From contig CACZQB010000054.1 in the NCBI GenBank assembly GCA_902783255.1, forward strand, positions 36,984 to 100,983: a stretch of DNA of 64,000 nucleotides, in the 5' to 3' direction. The DNA is from Oscillospiraceae bacterium (GTDB lineage Bacteria > Bacillota > Clostridia > Oscillospirales > UBA644). The notes beneath the pieces were generated by a model. It saw only the letters and a program-made list of their open reading frames with translations, made no database searches and was not told where the DNA came from. Positions within the stretch are counted from its first letter, which is position 1; the number at the start of each line of letters is the position of its first letter. The position numbers and the translations under genes were made by a program. This document shows positions 18,050 through 29,190 of this stretch, piece after piece.

Positions 18050-19135
18050 ATGCAGAATAAAGTAAGAATTGGAATTATCGGATGCGGAGGCATTGCGAAC
18101 GGAAAACATATGCCATCGCTCGCCAAGCTCAAAAATGTAGAAATGGTTGCTTTTTGCGATATTATCCCGGAGCGTGCTGAAAAAGCTGCTAAAGATTACG
18201 GAACAAAGGATGCTGTTGTATATACAGACTATCTTAAATTGTTGGAAGATAAATCAATAGATGTAATACACGTATGCACACCAAATAAATCGCATGCTCC
18301 CATAACTATTGCCGCACTTGAATCGGGCAAACATGTAATGTGCGAAAAGCCCATGGCTAAAACAGCTGCAGATGCACGGGCAATGCTTGAAGCAGCAAAA
18401 AGAACAGGAAAAAAACTGACAATCGGATATCAGAATCGACAGAGAAAAGAAATGCTTCACCTTAAAAAACTTTGCGATGAAGGTGTACTGGGGGATATTT
18501 ATTTTGCTAAAGCCCATGCTATTCGCCGCAGAGCCGTTCCTACTTGGGGTGTTTTTATGAACGAAGAAGAACAAGGTGGAGGACCTCTTATTGATATCGG
18601 TACTCACTCTCTTGATTTAACTCTTTGGATGATGAACAACTATGAGGTTGAGTCTGTAACAGGCAATTGCCATTATAAACTCGGTAAACGCGCAAACAGT
18701 GCCAATGCATGGGGACCTTGGGATCCCGATAAATATACTGTTGAAGATTCAGCATTCGGCTTTATTAAAATGAAAAATGGTGCAACTATTATTCTGGAAT
18801 CAAGCTGGGCAATAAATCTTGTTGATTCAAGAGAAGCAAGCTGTACCCTCGCCGGCACGGAGGCAGGAGCCGATTTCTTTGACGGGATGCGTATAAACGG
18901 AGAAGAATATTCCAAGCTTTACATTAAAAAAATAGATTTGTCTACCCAAGGTGTTGATTATTTCGAAGGGGTCAACGACAACGATCCGTCGCTTCGCGAT
19001 ATGGCTCAATGGATTGATGCAGTAGTTAACGACACAGATCCAACAGTCCTTCCCGAACAGGCGCTGGTAGTCAGCGAAATCCTCGAAGCTATATATACAT
19101 CTTATAAAACAGGTAAAACCGTTTATTTTAACTGA
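18050..19135 (+). CDS. Gfo/Idh/MocA-family NAD(P)-dependent oxidoreductase
   Basis: N-terminal Rossmann motif VRIGIIGCGGIANGKH and the EKP motif (VMCEKPMA). Confidence 0.85.
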   Translation: MQNKVRIGIIGCGGIANGKHMPSLAKLKNVEMVAFCDIIPERAEKAAKDYGTKDAVVYTDYLKLLEDKSIDVIHVCTPNKSHAPITIAALESGKHVMCEKPMAKTAADARAMLEAAKRTGKKLTIGYQNRQRKEMLHLKKLCDEGVLGDIYFAKAHAIRRRAVPTWGVFMNEEEQGGGPLIDIGTHSLDLTLWMMNNYEVESVTGNCHYKLGKRANSANAWGPWDPDKYTVEDSAFGFIKMKNGATIILESSWAINLVDSREASCTLAGTEAGADFFDGMRINGEEYSKLYIKKIDLSTQGVDYFEGVNDNDPSLRDMAQWIDAVVNDTDPTVLPEQALVVSEILEAIYTSYKTGKTVYFN

Positions 19136-19137
19136 AA

Positions 19138-19701
19138 ATGGATTATTTGATTGTAGGTCTCGGTAATCCCGGTCGGCGCTATGCATATACACGGCATAAT
19201 GTCGGCTGGATTGCGATAGACTATATAACAGACAAGCTTGGGATTAAAACCAATAAACTAAAGTTTAAATCATTATGTGGTGAAGGGGACTTTCGAGGGA
19301 AGAAGGTATTGTTCCTGAAACCTCAGACATTTATGAACCTTTCGGGCGATGCTGTTTTTGCCGCTTCTTCGTTTTATAAAATTCCCCCGGAACACATCTT
19401 TGTTATTTGCGATGATATTGCACTCCCTTCCAACAAATTAAGAATACGCAGACACGGAAGCGATGGTGGGCATAAAGGGCTTCGGAGCATTATTACATTG
19501 TTAAACTCTGATGTTTTCCCCAGGCTTAAAATTGGGATATCAGACAGAAAAAATCCTGAAATGGACCTTAAAGACTGGGTTATCGGAGAAATGACAGATG
19601 AAGAACTGCATTGTCTTGATGAGAGGTTGCCTGATATATTCAAAATTGCGGAAGCATTTGTTTGCGATAATTTAGAAAAAGCAATGTCAGAATATAATTA
19701 A
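19138..19701 (+). CDS. pth: Peptidyl-tRNA hydrolase
   Basis: LIVGLGNPG..Y..TRHNVG and the DD...LP..KLR.R..GS.GGHKG signature. Confidence 0.92.
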   Translation: MDYLIVGLGNPGRRYAYTRHNVGWIAIDYITDKLGIKTNKLKFKSLCGEGDFRGKKVLFLKPQTFMNLSGDAVFAASSFYKIPPEHIFVICDDIALPSNKLRIRRHGSDGGHKGLRSIITLLNSDVFPRLKIGISDRKNPEMDLKDWVIGEMTDEELHCLDERLPDIFKIAEAFVCDNLEKAMSEYN

Positions 19702-19710
19702 GGTGATTTT

Positions 19711-22700
19711 TTGAATACAACTATTTCCCTTTTAAAACAGCTTGATGGCTATCATAAACTATATGAAGCCGCGGCAGACAATAAGTCTGTCGCGGTATTC
19801 GGTGTTGATGTCCACAAAGCCTATTTCTCGGCTCTTCTCTCCGATCACTCAAATCGAAAAGCTTTTATAATTGTTTCCGATGATTCTCAGGCTCGTCAGG
19901 TTCGCGAAATAATGGAAGCAGAATGCGGTAAATCACTGATTTTCCCTTCAAAAGAATATAATTTCAGAAATGTTGAAAGTGTTTCTCGCTTTGATGAAAA
20001 CAAGAGAATAGAAACACTTTCTGCAATTCGAAAAAACGACTTTTCATCTGTTATAATACCTGCTGATGCTCTTTGTTCGCTTGTTTTGCATCCGAGTGAC
20101 TTCAAAGAATTTGAAATATACAACGGCGATATCGTAAAATTTGATGAAATTCCAGATAATCTTGTAAAGATGGGTTATGAATTTTTCCCGACTGTAGAAG
20201 GCGCTGGACAGTTTTCTGTAAGAGGGGGTATTGTCGATGTGTTCCCTCCGAGTGAAGAGACTCCGTATAGAATTGAATTTTACGGTGACGAAGTAGACAG
20301 CATTTCAGTTTTTGACATTAATACTCAGCGCCGTACTGAAATTAAGGACAGCGTTCGAATTACACCCGCTCAGGAATCTGTTGATTTTGCTGTTGAAAGA
20401 TTGAAAGCAATGCTGGATCCCATAAAGAACAATAAGTATACAGTAAAGGACTATGAACTTCTTGAACAAGGTATAATTCCTGCGCATGACAGATATTTTC
20501 CTGCTAAATTCAATAAAAAAGCAAACATACTAAATTATTTGCGCAATGATGATTTGCTATTTATTTTTGACTGGCAATCAGTTTATACGCATATAAATAA
20601 ATTCTGTCAAAGAATAACAGATGATATAAAACAGCTTTCCGAGGAAGGATATGCATTCTTAAACTCGGATTATTTCGTAGATATTAAGTGGATAGAGAAT
20701 CATATTAAAAATCCGGTAATCTTTGAAACACTTCCGTGCACGGTACGGGATATTCCCATAGACGCCATCATAGATATTAAATTATTTCAAACATCTATAA
20801 CATCTTTTATGACGTTAAAAAATGAAATCGATGAATATCTCGCTACAGATAACCATGTATATATTCTTTCAAACGATATTCGACATGCCGACGAATTAAA
20901 AAAAAGTTTTGTAAGTCAAAATAATTTATCGGTCACGACAGGGACAATACCATTCGGTTTTTATTCTCCTGAGCTGAAGACGGTCGTCTATACTTATAGG
21001 AATCTCCACGGTTCGTCAGATACTAGAATTAAACGCTCAAAATATGAGCGTGGCGAAAGAATTAAGAGTTTTTCCGATATCAAGCAAGGTGATTATGTCG
21101 TTCATACTAATTACGGTATTGGTATTTATGACGGAATTCACAAAGTTGAGAGCCAGGGTGTAATCAAAGATTATATCAAGGTTAAGTATGCGGGAACTGA
21201 TGTATTGTATATTCCCTGTGATCATCTTGATCAGATTTCAAAGTATATAGGTAGCGATTCTGATGTCAAAGTTAAGCTGAATAAGCTTGGTAGCGCAGAT
21301 TGGCAAAGAACAAGACAGAAAGTCAAAAAAGCAGTCCGAGATCTGGCAAAAAAACTGATAGATCTATACGGTCAACGATCTAAAATTAAAGGATACTCTT
21401 TTTCCCCTGATAACGAGTGGCAAAGAGATTTTGAGGCATGCTTTGAATTTGAGGAAACAGATGACCAGCTGCGATGTTCTGATGAAATAAAAAAAGATAT
21501 GGAATCCTCAAAGCCAATGGATAGACTGTTATGCGGGGACGTAGGATTTGGTAAAACCGAAGTTGCTATGCGGGCAGTTTTCAAGTGCGTAATGGATGCA
21601 AAACAGGCTGTTATTCTTGCCCCAACAACAATTCTTGCCTTTCAACATTATAATACTATTCTTAAGCGTTTTTATGGATATCCAATAACTATTGAACTCT
21701 TATCACGGTTTCGAACATCAAAACAACAGGAAGAAATCATTTCAAGATTGAAAAAAGGTCAGATAGACGTTATTGTCGGAACTCACCGACTTGTACAGAA
21801 AGACGTAGCTTTTAAGAATTTAGGTCTCGTTGTAATCGATGAAGAGCAGCGCTTTGGAGTTGCACATAAGGAATATTTGAAGGAAATGTGTCCGGGTGTA
21901 GACTTCCTTTCACTTTCTGCAACACCGATTCCTAGAACCTTGAATATGTCATTGTCAGGAATACGAGATATTTCAATTTTAAACGAAGCCCCTAATAATA
22001 GATTCCCAGTAACAACTTATGTCGCAGAATACGATATCGGTATGGTAACTGACGCGATAAAACGCGAAATATCCCGAGGAGGTCAGTGCTTTTATCTTCA
22101 CAACCGAATTGAGACTATATATAAAACCGCATCTTTGTTGGAAGAAAAAACCAATGCCCGCATTCAGGTCGCGCATGGAAAAATGTCGAAAGAAGAACTT
22201 TCGAAAATATGGGAAGAGTTGACGCTAGGTAATATCGATGTTCTTGTTTGCACAACAATTATAGAAACGGGTGTAGATGTTCCTAACTGTAATACATTGA
22301 TTATCGAAGATGCAGATAGAATGGGACTTGCTCAACTTCATCAAATAAGGGGCAGGGTAGGGCGCACCAATCGACGAGCATATGCATTTTTTTTATTCAG
22401 AAAAGGAAAAACCCTTTCTAGTGATGCTTATAAGAGATTGATGACTATAAGAGAATACAATGAATTTGGTTCAGGGCTCAAAATAGCTATGAGAGATCTC
22501 GAAATAAGAGGTGCTGGAAATATTCTCGGTGCAGAACAGTCAGGTCATCTTTTGACAGTAGGTTTTGATATGTATATGAAACTACTTGAAGATGCTGTGT
22601 CTGAAGAAAAAGGGGAGGGAAGTATCAAAAGAGACTGTTCGATAGATATTAAAATTGATGCATATATCCCAGACGACTATATTTATAATTCGGATACAAG

Positions 22701-23046
22701 AATTGAAGTATACAAAATGATTTCGTGTATAGAAAACGAAGATGATTATTCTGATGTCCTTGATGAGCTGATTGATAGATTTGGTGAACCACCGAAACAG
22801 GTAATAAATTTAATGGATATAGCAAAAATCAGATTTCAATCAGCGGAAAAAGGACTTTCTGAGATCAAAGAATCAAACGGAAGACTGCTCATCTTCTCCT
22901 ATAATGACCCGCCTATTGAGAAGATCCCGGAATTAACAGCTGCTTTTAGGGGAAGGCTTTTGTTCAGTGCCGGTGCTAAACCATATTTCACATTAAGATC
23001 TGATAGTTATATAAAGGATATGGAACTATTCCTTGATAACCTCTGA
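19711..23046 (+). CDS. mfd: Transcription-repair coupling factor
   Basis: Superfamily-2 helicase motifs GDVGFGKTEVA, VIDEEQRFGV and QLHQIRGRVGR, with CarD/TRCF-like and C-terminal TRCF domains. TTG start; 1111 aa. Confidence 0.95.
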   Translation: MNTTISLLKQLDGYHKLYEAAADNKSVAVFGVDVHKAYFSALLSDHSNRKAFIIVSDDSQARQVREIMEAECGKSLIFPSKEYNFRNVESVSRFDENKRIETLSAIRKNDFSSVIIPADALCSLVLHPSDFKEFEIYNGDIVKFDEIPDNLVKMGYEFFPTVEGAGQFSVRGGIVDVFPPSEETPYRIEFYGDEVDSISVFDINTQRRTEIKDSVRITPAQESVDFAVERLKAMLDPIKNNKYTVKDYELLEQGIIPAHDRYFPAKFNKKANILNYLRNDDLLFIFDWQSVYTHINKFCQRITDDIKQLSEEGYAFLNSDYFVDIKWIENHIKNPVIFETLPCTVRDIPIDAIIDIKLFQTSITSFMTLKNEIDEYLATDNHVYILSNDIRHADELKKSFVSQNNLSVTTGTIPFGFYSPELKTVVYTYRNLHGSSDTRIKRSKYERGERIKSFSDIKQGDYVVHTNYGIGIYDGIHKVESQGVIKDYIKVKYAGTDVLYIPCDHLDQISKYIGSDSDVKVKLNKLGSADWQRTRQKVKKAVRDLAKKLIDLYGQRSKIKGYSFSPDNEWQRDFEACFEFEETDDQLRCSDEIKKDMESSKPMDRLLCGDVGFGKTEVAMRAVFKCVMDAKQAVILAPTTILAFQHYNTILKRFYGYPITIELLSRFRTSKQQEEIISRLKKGQIDVIVGTHRLVQKDVAFKNLGLVVIDEEQRFGVAHKEYLKEMCPGVDFLSLSATPIPRTLNMSLSGIRDISILNEAPNNRFPVTTYVAEYDIGMVTDAIKREISRGGQCFYLHNRIETIYKTASLLEEKTNARIQVAHGKMSKEELSKIWEELTLGNIDVLVCTTIIETGVDVPNCNTLIIEDADRMGLAQLHQIRGRVGRTNRRAYAFFLFRKGKTLSSDAYKRLMTIREYNEFGSGLKIAMRDLEIRGAGNILGAEQSGHLLTVGFDMYMKLLEDAVSEEKGEGSIKRDCSIDIKIDAYIPDDYIYNSDTRIEVYKMISCIENEDDYSDVLDELIDRFGEPPKQVINLMDIAKIRFQSAEKGLSEIKESNGRLLIFSYNDPPIEKIPELTAAFRGRLLFSAGAKPYFTLRSDSYIKDMELFLDNL

Positions 23047-23155
23047 ATGCGGCAGAGATGAAAAATAATTATAATATTTTTTGTTTTACTATGGACTTAT
23101 TTATATATTTATGATATAATAAAAAATAATAATAAAATAAGTATGTTTGGAGGAC

Positions 23156-24307
23156 ATGATGAAGAGTCTCAAATACATTTCTTTGATTGCTGGTATTACG
23201 TTTATTCTTTTATTTATTACATCATGCAGCAATGTTTCCTATATTGCGACAATCGATAATGAAAAAATGCCTGTTGGTCCATATGCTTTTTATGCACAGT
23301 ATACACGTGATAATTATCAATCAAATTTAACATATTATGGCGTTACTGACTTTACTTCCGCACTTACTGAGCAAGCTGATTCGACCGGCACAAAGCTATA
23401 CACACATATAATCCAGGAAGCAAAGAAAAGCTATATACAACATGTTTTGACAGAAAGAAAATTCAATGAATTTGGTCTTTCTTTATCGGAAGATCAGAAA
23501 ATTGCTCTTGACGAATCGTTCCAGAAAAACTGGGTTGATAATGTAGGAATAGAAAAATTTACTGAAATATGTAAAGCACTCAATCTGACAAGCGCAGAAT
23601 TCAAAAATGTCGTTTCTGTTTCATTCAAAAACGCATGTTTAATGGATTATCTGTTTGGTGCAGGTGGCAGATACGAGATAACAGAAGATGAGCTCAGAAA
23701 TAATTACGCAGAAGGGTATGAAAGATTTAAATATATAGCCCTTTCAAAAGTTGATCCCTCTGGCGCCACACTTTCAACAGATGAATTGATAGAAAAAAAA
23801 GCGAAAGTTGATGAGGCATACCAAAGGGCGTTGGACGGCGAAGATTTTGGCGAATTGATTGCCCTATATTCTGAAGATTATTTTCAGATAACTGATGAAA
23901 TAACTGAGGATGAAAGAAATTTATACGAGCTATCGAATAAACAGGCAGCTGAAGATGGTCTCGTTATTGATAAAAATGGAATTTTTAATTATGATTATTA
24001 TATCTATTATAATTATGTTATTGATTCAAACATTGTAAACGCTGTTTTTTCAATGGAAATAGGCGATTTGAAAGTAATTGAACTCCCAAGTTCCTTCTGG
24101 ATTATTCAAAAATGCGATAAAAACGAAAAAGAAAGCTATTTTGAATCTAAAAAAACACTTATTTATAATAATATAGCATCACCAATAATTGATGAACTAT
24201 ACACTGAATGGGAAAAAGAATTGCTCATCACATTTAACGAGGCCGCTGTTAATAAATACGATCCAAGAAAACTCGAACCGCTCTTTATTTCCGCAAAACA
24301 ACAATGA
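23156..24307 (+). CDS. Lipoprotein, SurA/PrsA N-terminal-domain-like (no obvious parvulin domain)
   Basis: Signal peptide with lipobox (LLFITSC). GGAGGA at 23149-23154 means the start is ATG 23156 or 23159, not TTG 23147. The mfd-downstream position is usually occupied by a PrsA-like foldase in Firmicutes. Product call is tentative. Confidence 0.55.
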   Translation: MMKSLKYISLIAGITFILLFITSCSNVSYIATIDNEKMPVGPYAFYAQYTRDNYQSNLTYYGVTDFTSALTEQADSTGTKLYTHIIQEAKKSYIQHVLTERKFNEFGLSLSEDQKIALDESFQKNWVDNVGIEKFTEICKALNLTSAEFKNVVSVSFKNACLMDYLFGAGGRYEITEDELRNNYAEGYERFKYIALSKVDPSGATLSTDELIEKKAKVDEAYQRALDGEDFGELIALYSEDYFQITDEITEDERNLYELSNKQAAEDGLVIDKNGIFNYDYYIYYNYVIDSNIVNAVFSMEIGDLKVIELPSSFWIIQKCDKNEKESYFESKKTLIYNNIASPIIDELYTEWEKELLITFNEAAVNKYDPRKLEPLFISAKQQ

Positions 24308-24315
24308 TTTAATAG

Positions 24316-24347
24316 GAAAATCGGCATTCATTGTCGGTTTTCTTTTT
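24316..24347 (+). terminator. Rho-independent terminator
   Basis: 11-bp stem gaaaatcggca (24316-24326) pairs with tgtcggttttc (24332-24342) with two G-U pairs, followed by T5. Confidence 0.55.
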
Positions 24348-24416
24348 GATAACTAATGACCGCCTTTGGACCTGCAAATAATTATTATTATTTTTTTGAA
24401 TTTACATCATAATTTA

Positions 24417-24445
24417 TTGACAAACATTATAAGAGTTGATATAAT
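24417..24445 (+). promoter_or_regulatory. Consensus sigma-A promoter for the pncB operon
   Basis: TTGACA (24417-24422), 17-nt spacer ending TGa, TATAAT (24440-24445). Confidence 0.5.
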
Positions 24446-24480
24446 AACGATATTAATCAGTTTTTTGAAAGGTAAAAAAA

Positions 24481-25929
24481 ATGAGTTTTTCAAAATATAA
24501 TCCTGCGCTCCTTTGCGACTTTTATGAATTTACTATGGGAAATGGCTATTTTGAAACAGGAAAAAAAGACGATATTGCTTGTTTTGATCTTTTTTTTCGA
24601 AGAGTTCCAGACAACGGAGGTTTTGCTATAGCAGCCGGATTGGACAGTATTATTAACTTTATTGATAATTTTTCTTTTAATGACGAGGATATTGAATACC
24701 TGAGATCAAAAAAAATGTTTTCAGAGAATTTTCTCGAATATCTTCGATCTTTTAAATTTTCATGCGATGTATTTGCCGTTCCGGAGGGAACGCCCATCTT
24801 TCCGAAAGAACCTGTTATTACAGTAAAAGGACCTGCAGTCCAGGCGCAGCTTCTTGAAACGATGCTGCTTCTTATGATAAATCATCAATCACTTATAGCA
24901 ACAAAAGCAAACAGAATCGTTCGTGCATCTGAAGGCAGGCCTGTTTATGAATTTGGATCAAGACGCGCCCAAGGAGAAAATGCAGCTGTTCTTGGCGCAA
25001 GGGCTGCTTATATTGGTGGATGCGCCGGTACTGCCTGTGCCTGCTGCGAGCCTCTATTTGGTATTCCCGCAGTAGGTACTATGGCTCATTCTTGGGTTCA
25101 AATGTATTCTTCTGAATACGAGTCATTTGCTGCATATGCCAGAATTTATCCTGATGCATGCACACTTCTTGTAGACACATATAATGTATTAAAATCCGGT
25201 ATTCCAAACGCCATCAAAGTGTCAAAAGAAATCCTCGAACCAATGGGTAAGCGTTTGAAAGGTGTAAGAATAGACTCAGGTGATATTGCATATCTAACTA
25301 AGAAAACAAGAAGAATGCTCGATGACGCCGGTTTACATGATTGCAGAATATTTGTATCAAATTCTCTTGATGAGTATATTATCAGAGATATTCTTATGCA
25401 GGGTGCATGTGTCGATTTCTTCGGGGTAGGAGAGAGACTGATAACATCTAAAAGTGAACCTGTTTTTGGCGGAGTTTACAAACTCGTTGCCGCAGAAGAA
25501 AACGGTATTATGGTACCAAAAATTAAGATTTCTGAAAATATTGAAAAGATAACTATTCCGGGGTATAAAAAGGTATATCGTTTGTTTTCAAAACAAACCG
25601 GAAAAATGCTTGTTGATCTTATTGCTCTTGCTGATGAAGATTTTGATTTTAATCGTCCAATAACGCTATGCGATCCTGATCATACTTGGAAGCATAAAAC
25701 CTTTACTGATTATACGGTAAAAGAAATTCTTGAGCCCATATATTTAAACGGAAAACGTGTTTATAACTCTCCTGATATAGAAAAGATCAGATCGTATTGC
25801 CTTGGTGAGATATCACGTGTTTGGGATGAAGTTCTTCGCTTTGAAAATCCTCAGAATTATTATGTTGACCTTTCGCAAAAGCTACTTGAAGTCAAACATT
25901 CTCTTTTGGAGAAAGGAGCATCCTGTTGA
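24481..25929 (+). CDS. pncB: Nicotinate phosphoribosyltransferase
   Basis: About 480 aa of the Firmicute type, with an N-terminal ...LLCDFYEFTMGNGYF motif, GTMAHSWVQ and LVDTYN motifs. Confidence 0.9.
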   Translation: MSFSKYNPALLCDFYEFTMGNGYFETGKKDDIACFDLFFRRVPDNGGFAIAAGLDSIINFIDNFSFNDEDIEYLRSKKMFSENFLEYLRSFKFSCDVFAVPEGTPIFPKEPVITVKGPAVQAQLLETMLLLMINHQSLIATKANRIVRASEGRPVYEFGSRRAQGENAAVLGARAAYIGGCAGTACACCEPLFGIPAVGTMAHSWVQMYSSEYESFAAYARIYPDACTLLVDTYNVLKSGIPNAIKVSKEILEPMGKRLKGVRIDSGDIAYLTKKTRRMLDDAGLHDCRIFVSNSLDEYIIRDILMQGACVDFFGVGERLITSKSEPVFGGVYKLVAAEENGIMVPKIKISENIEKITIPGYKKVYRLFSKQTGKMLVDLIALADEDFDFNRPITLCDPDHTWKHKTFTDYTVKEILEPIYLNGKRVYNSPDIEKIRSYCLGEISRVWDEVLRFENPQNYYVDLSQKLLEVKHSLLEKGASC

Positions 25930-27036
25930 ATGAATTTTTCTAATATTTCTCCAACAGAGATTTATGCCGGCGTCGGGTGTGTATTATCATTTAATGATTA
26001 TTCCCGTTTTGGCTCTCGTTGCGCTATCATTACTGGAAAGAATATGATTAACCATAATTCAGCACTACAAGATGTTCAATCAGCACTGAAAAAAGAAAAC
26101 ATACAGTATATCTCAATTCCAAAAGCAATAAATAACCCTTCTGTTAAAAGTATTATTGATATTTCATCGATTGTGCGTTCTTTTAATGCTGATTTCATTA
26201 TCGGTATCGGCGGCGGATCTTCTATGGATACTGCTAAAGCAGTTGCAATTGCAGCAGTTAATGAAGATTTGAATGAAAATAATATTTTTTCTGTTGATTT
26301 ATTCGCACATTCCTTACCTGTAATCCTTGTTGGGACAACAGCCGGAACAGGAAGTGAAGTTATGCCTTCTGCTGTATTAACTGTTGACGGTATAATTCCA
26401 ATAAAAAAATCGCTTAAAACTCACAATTCGTATGCCCAAATAGCGCTTTGTGATTACACGTATTCATCTTCAATGCCAGATAGTGTTACAGTATCAACCG
26501 CTCTTGATACTGTTTGCCATGCTGTTGAAGCCATATATTCTAAAAGAGGAGGAATTTGGGCTAGAATATTCGGTCACGAAGCGCTTAAGTATTCATTCAA
26601 ATCAATTTTATCCTTTACAAACGGAATATGTGATAATGATTTGCGTGAAAATCTATATTTTGCTTCAATCCTTGGTGGATTGGCAATAAATAATGGAGGA
26701 ACGAGTTTTCCCCACTCTATGGGCTACATGTTGACAACAATGCATGGTGTTCCTCACGGTTTTGCATGTGCAGCTTTTATCGGCGAATTTATGTATCGAG
26801 TTTCACAAATATGCGATGTGTCTGAAACGCTCACAGCTTGCGGTGTCAAAACTGTTGATGATTTTATTATTGAAATTAATCATGTTCTTTTTACGTATTT
26901 TACAAAACTGAATATTGACGAAATGTCATTACACAAATATGCCGATTTAGCAATGAAAATGAATGTGAATAACAATTATTTAAATATTACTTTCAATGAC
27001 TGTTTGAATATATATAAAAAAACCTGTAGGAGTTAA
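25930..27036 (+). CDS. Iron-containing (group III) alcohol dehydrogenase family protein
   Basis: GIGGGSSMDTAKAVA nucleotide-binding motif and His-rich metal motifs (CHAVEA, PHSMGY...HGVPHG). The ATG directly abuts the pncB stop. Confidence 0.8.
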   Translation: MNFSNISPTEIYAGVGCVLSFNDYSRFGSRCAIITGKNMINHNSALQDVQSALKKENIQYISIPKAINNPSVKSIIDISSIVRSFNADFIIGIGGGSSMDTAKAVAIAAVNEDLNENNIFSVDLFAHSLPVILVGTTAGTGSEVMPSAVLTVDGIIPIKKSLKTHNSYAQIALCDYTYSSSMPDSVTVSTALDTVCHAVEAIYSKRGGIWARIFGHEALKYSFKSILSFTNGICDNDLRENLYFASILGGLAINNGGTSFPHSMGYMLTTMHGVPHGFACAAFIGEFMYRVSQICDVSETLTACGVKTVDDFIIEINHVLFTYFTKLNIDEMSLHKYADLAMKMNVNNNYLNITFNDCLNIYKKTCRS

Positions 27037-27042
27037 TGGTTG

Positions 27043-29190
27043 ATGAATAAAAAGCCTGAAGATCGTTGGGTTCTTAAAGCACAAAATGATGAAATCATCG
27101 AAGCTTTGGCTGATTATCTCGAATTTTATTTTCGTTTAAGAACAAAAAAAACAAATAAATCGACACCAGAAGAGAGAAGATCGTTCTTCATTTTAATGTC
27201 TCGACTTTTTTATAATAGGGGCTTTCGAGACATTTCTCAAATTGAAAACTTTTTTAATACTTCACCATCTTATCTTAATGATCCTATGCTCCTTCCTGAT
27301 ATGGAAAATGCTGTAAACAGAATAAGAAAAGCATTGGTAGATCATGAAAAAATAACAATATACGGTGATTATGATGTCGACGGAATAACCTCAGTATCTG
27401 TTTTATTCAGATATCTCTACTCTTGTGGGGCAAATGTTGATTACTATATTCCAACAAGAACAGAAGAAGGCTACGGACTAAACGAAAGTGCACTTTTGAA
27501 GATTTCAGAAACCGGTACCTCTCTTTTAATTACAGTTGACACAGGGACTACTGCAGTTGACGAGGTGAAATATGCAAATGACATCGGCTTGGATATAGTT
27601 ATAACAGATCATCATGAATGCAAAATGGTATTAAACGAAAAAAACACGTTTGTTGAGCAAATTCCTGATGCAATTGCAGTTGTAAACCCCAAAAGACCTT
27701 CCGGACAATATCCCTTTACGGAGCTGGCGGGAGTAGGTGTCGCATTCAAACTTATTTGTGCGCTTGACGGAAATACGGAAAACATATTGAATTTATACGG
27801 TGATCTTGTTTCTATAGGTACAATAGCAGATATTATGCCGCTAACTGATGAAAATAGAATAATAGTCGTGAATGGCATAAAAAACATGAAAAAACACATG
27901 TCAATTGGTTTAAAATCTCTGTTAATTGCTGCCGGAAATGAAAAAGAAATCAGCTCTTCTGTTATTGCATATACCATAGCCCCCAGGTTAAATGCTGCAG
28001 GAAGAATAGGAGATCCTAAAACATCGATAAGTCTTCTCTTAGAAAATGATTACAGCCTTGCAAACAAGTTGGCCTTTAGTTTATGCGAAGAAAACAGACG
28101 ACGTCAGATTCTCGAATCGAATATTTTTAATGATGTCGAAAAGCTGATTTCATCGATTAATTCTGATGATAAACTCATCGTTTTTGCCTCGGATGAATGG
28201 CATCATGGTGTTATTGGCATTGTCGCATCAAGAATAGTGGAAAAATATGGAAGGCCATGCATTCTTCTTTGCGTTGATGGCGAAAATATGAAAGGTTCGG
28301 CAAGAAGCGTTAAAGGTATTAATATTTTTGACCTGTTGCAAAATAACTCTTCTACTCTTCTGAAGTTCGGTGGACATGAAATGGCAGCCGGGTTATCGTT
28401 AAAAAAAGAAAATTTTGGCGCCTTTAAACAATCCATCGTTGAGTACGCAAATAAAACAATTACCGATAAAATGCTTGTACCCATAATTGAAGCGGAGTGT
28501 GAACTACCTTTTGAGAAACTTACTTTGCAAACATACGATGTTATTAAGCTTCTTGAACCCTTTGGAACAGGGAATTCTGCTCCTCTTTTTATTGTAAAAA
28601 ATCTGAAGGTTTTCGATATTGAGCCAATAGGCAACGGACATCATATAAAAATGCGGGTTTCATCGGCGGGAAATAGTTCAGAATTCGTTACAATGCTTAT
28701 GTTTAATACAGACTATGAAACAATCAATTGTGTCGTTGGCGATGAAATAGATGTTATCTGTTCATTAGGAGATAATGTCTTTAATGGCAAACGTGCACTT
28801 GCTGTGCACATAAAAAAATTCAAACTTTCCAATTCAATTGAAAGTAAAGACAAGGTAAGTAAGCTGTTTTATGATAACTTTAAAAAGAATAATAAGGTCA
28901 TTGATGATATTTCGTTATCAAGAGATCATATAATCGCTGTTTTCAGAAAAATACGAAAACAGAATACAGAAGAAGAAACCTATCATTCTTATGCATTGGC
29001 GCGATCAATTACACATGAGTTGAATTCTGAAATAAATTATGCAAGGCTACGTCTATCGCTCGACGTTCTTCAGGAGCTTGGATTGATTAGCTATTACGGT
29101 GATGATTTTATAACAATTCATTATAAACACAGTTACGATAAAGTAGACTTACAAAACTCTCAAACATGGAGTACTGTTCATAAACAATGA
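27043..29190 (+). CDS. recJ: Single-stranded-DNA-specific exonuclease RecJ
   Basis: DHH-family motifs DYDVDGITS, ITVDTG, VITDHH and GGHEMAAG (DHHA1). ATG 27043 preferred over TTG 27040. Confidence 0.92.
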   Translation: MNKKPEDRWVLKAQNDEIIEALADYLEFYFRLRTKKTNKSTPEERRSFFILMSRLFYNRGFRDISQIENFFNTSPSYLNDPMLLPDMENAVNRIRKALVDHEKITIYGDYDVDGITSVSVLFRYLYSCGANVDYYIPTRTEEGYGLNESALLKISETGTSLLITVDTGTTAVDEVKYANDIGLDIVITDHHECKMVLNEKNTFVEQIPDAIAVVNPKRPSGQYPFTELAGVGVAFKLICALDGNTENILNLYGDLVSIGTIADIMPLTDENRIIVVNGIKNMKKHMSIGLKSLLIAAGNEKEISSSVIAYTIAPRLNAAGRIGDPKTSISLLLENDYSLANKLAFSLCEENRRRQILESNIFNDVEKLISSINSDDKLIVFASDEWHHGVIGIVASRIVEKYGRPCILLCVDGENMKGSARSVKGINIFDLLQNNSSTLLKFGGHEMAAGLSLKKENFGAFKQSIVEYANKTITDKMLVPIIEAECELPFEKLTLQTYDVIKLLEPFGTGNSAPLFIVKNLKVFDIEPIGNGHHIKMRVSSAGNSSEFVTMLMFNTDYETINCVVGDEIDVICSLGDNVFNGKRALAVHIKKFKLSNSIESKDKVSKLFYDNFKKNNKVIDDISLSRDHIIAVFRKIRKQNTEEETYHSYALARSITHELNSEINYARLRLSLDVLQELGLISYYGDDFITIHYKHSYDKVDLQNSQTWSTVHKQ

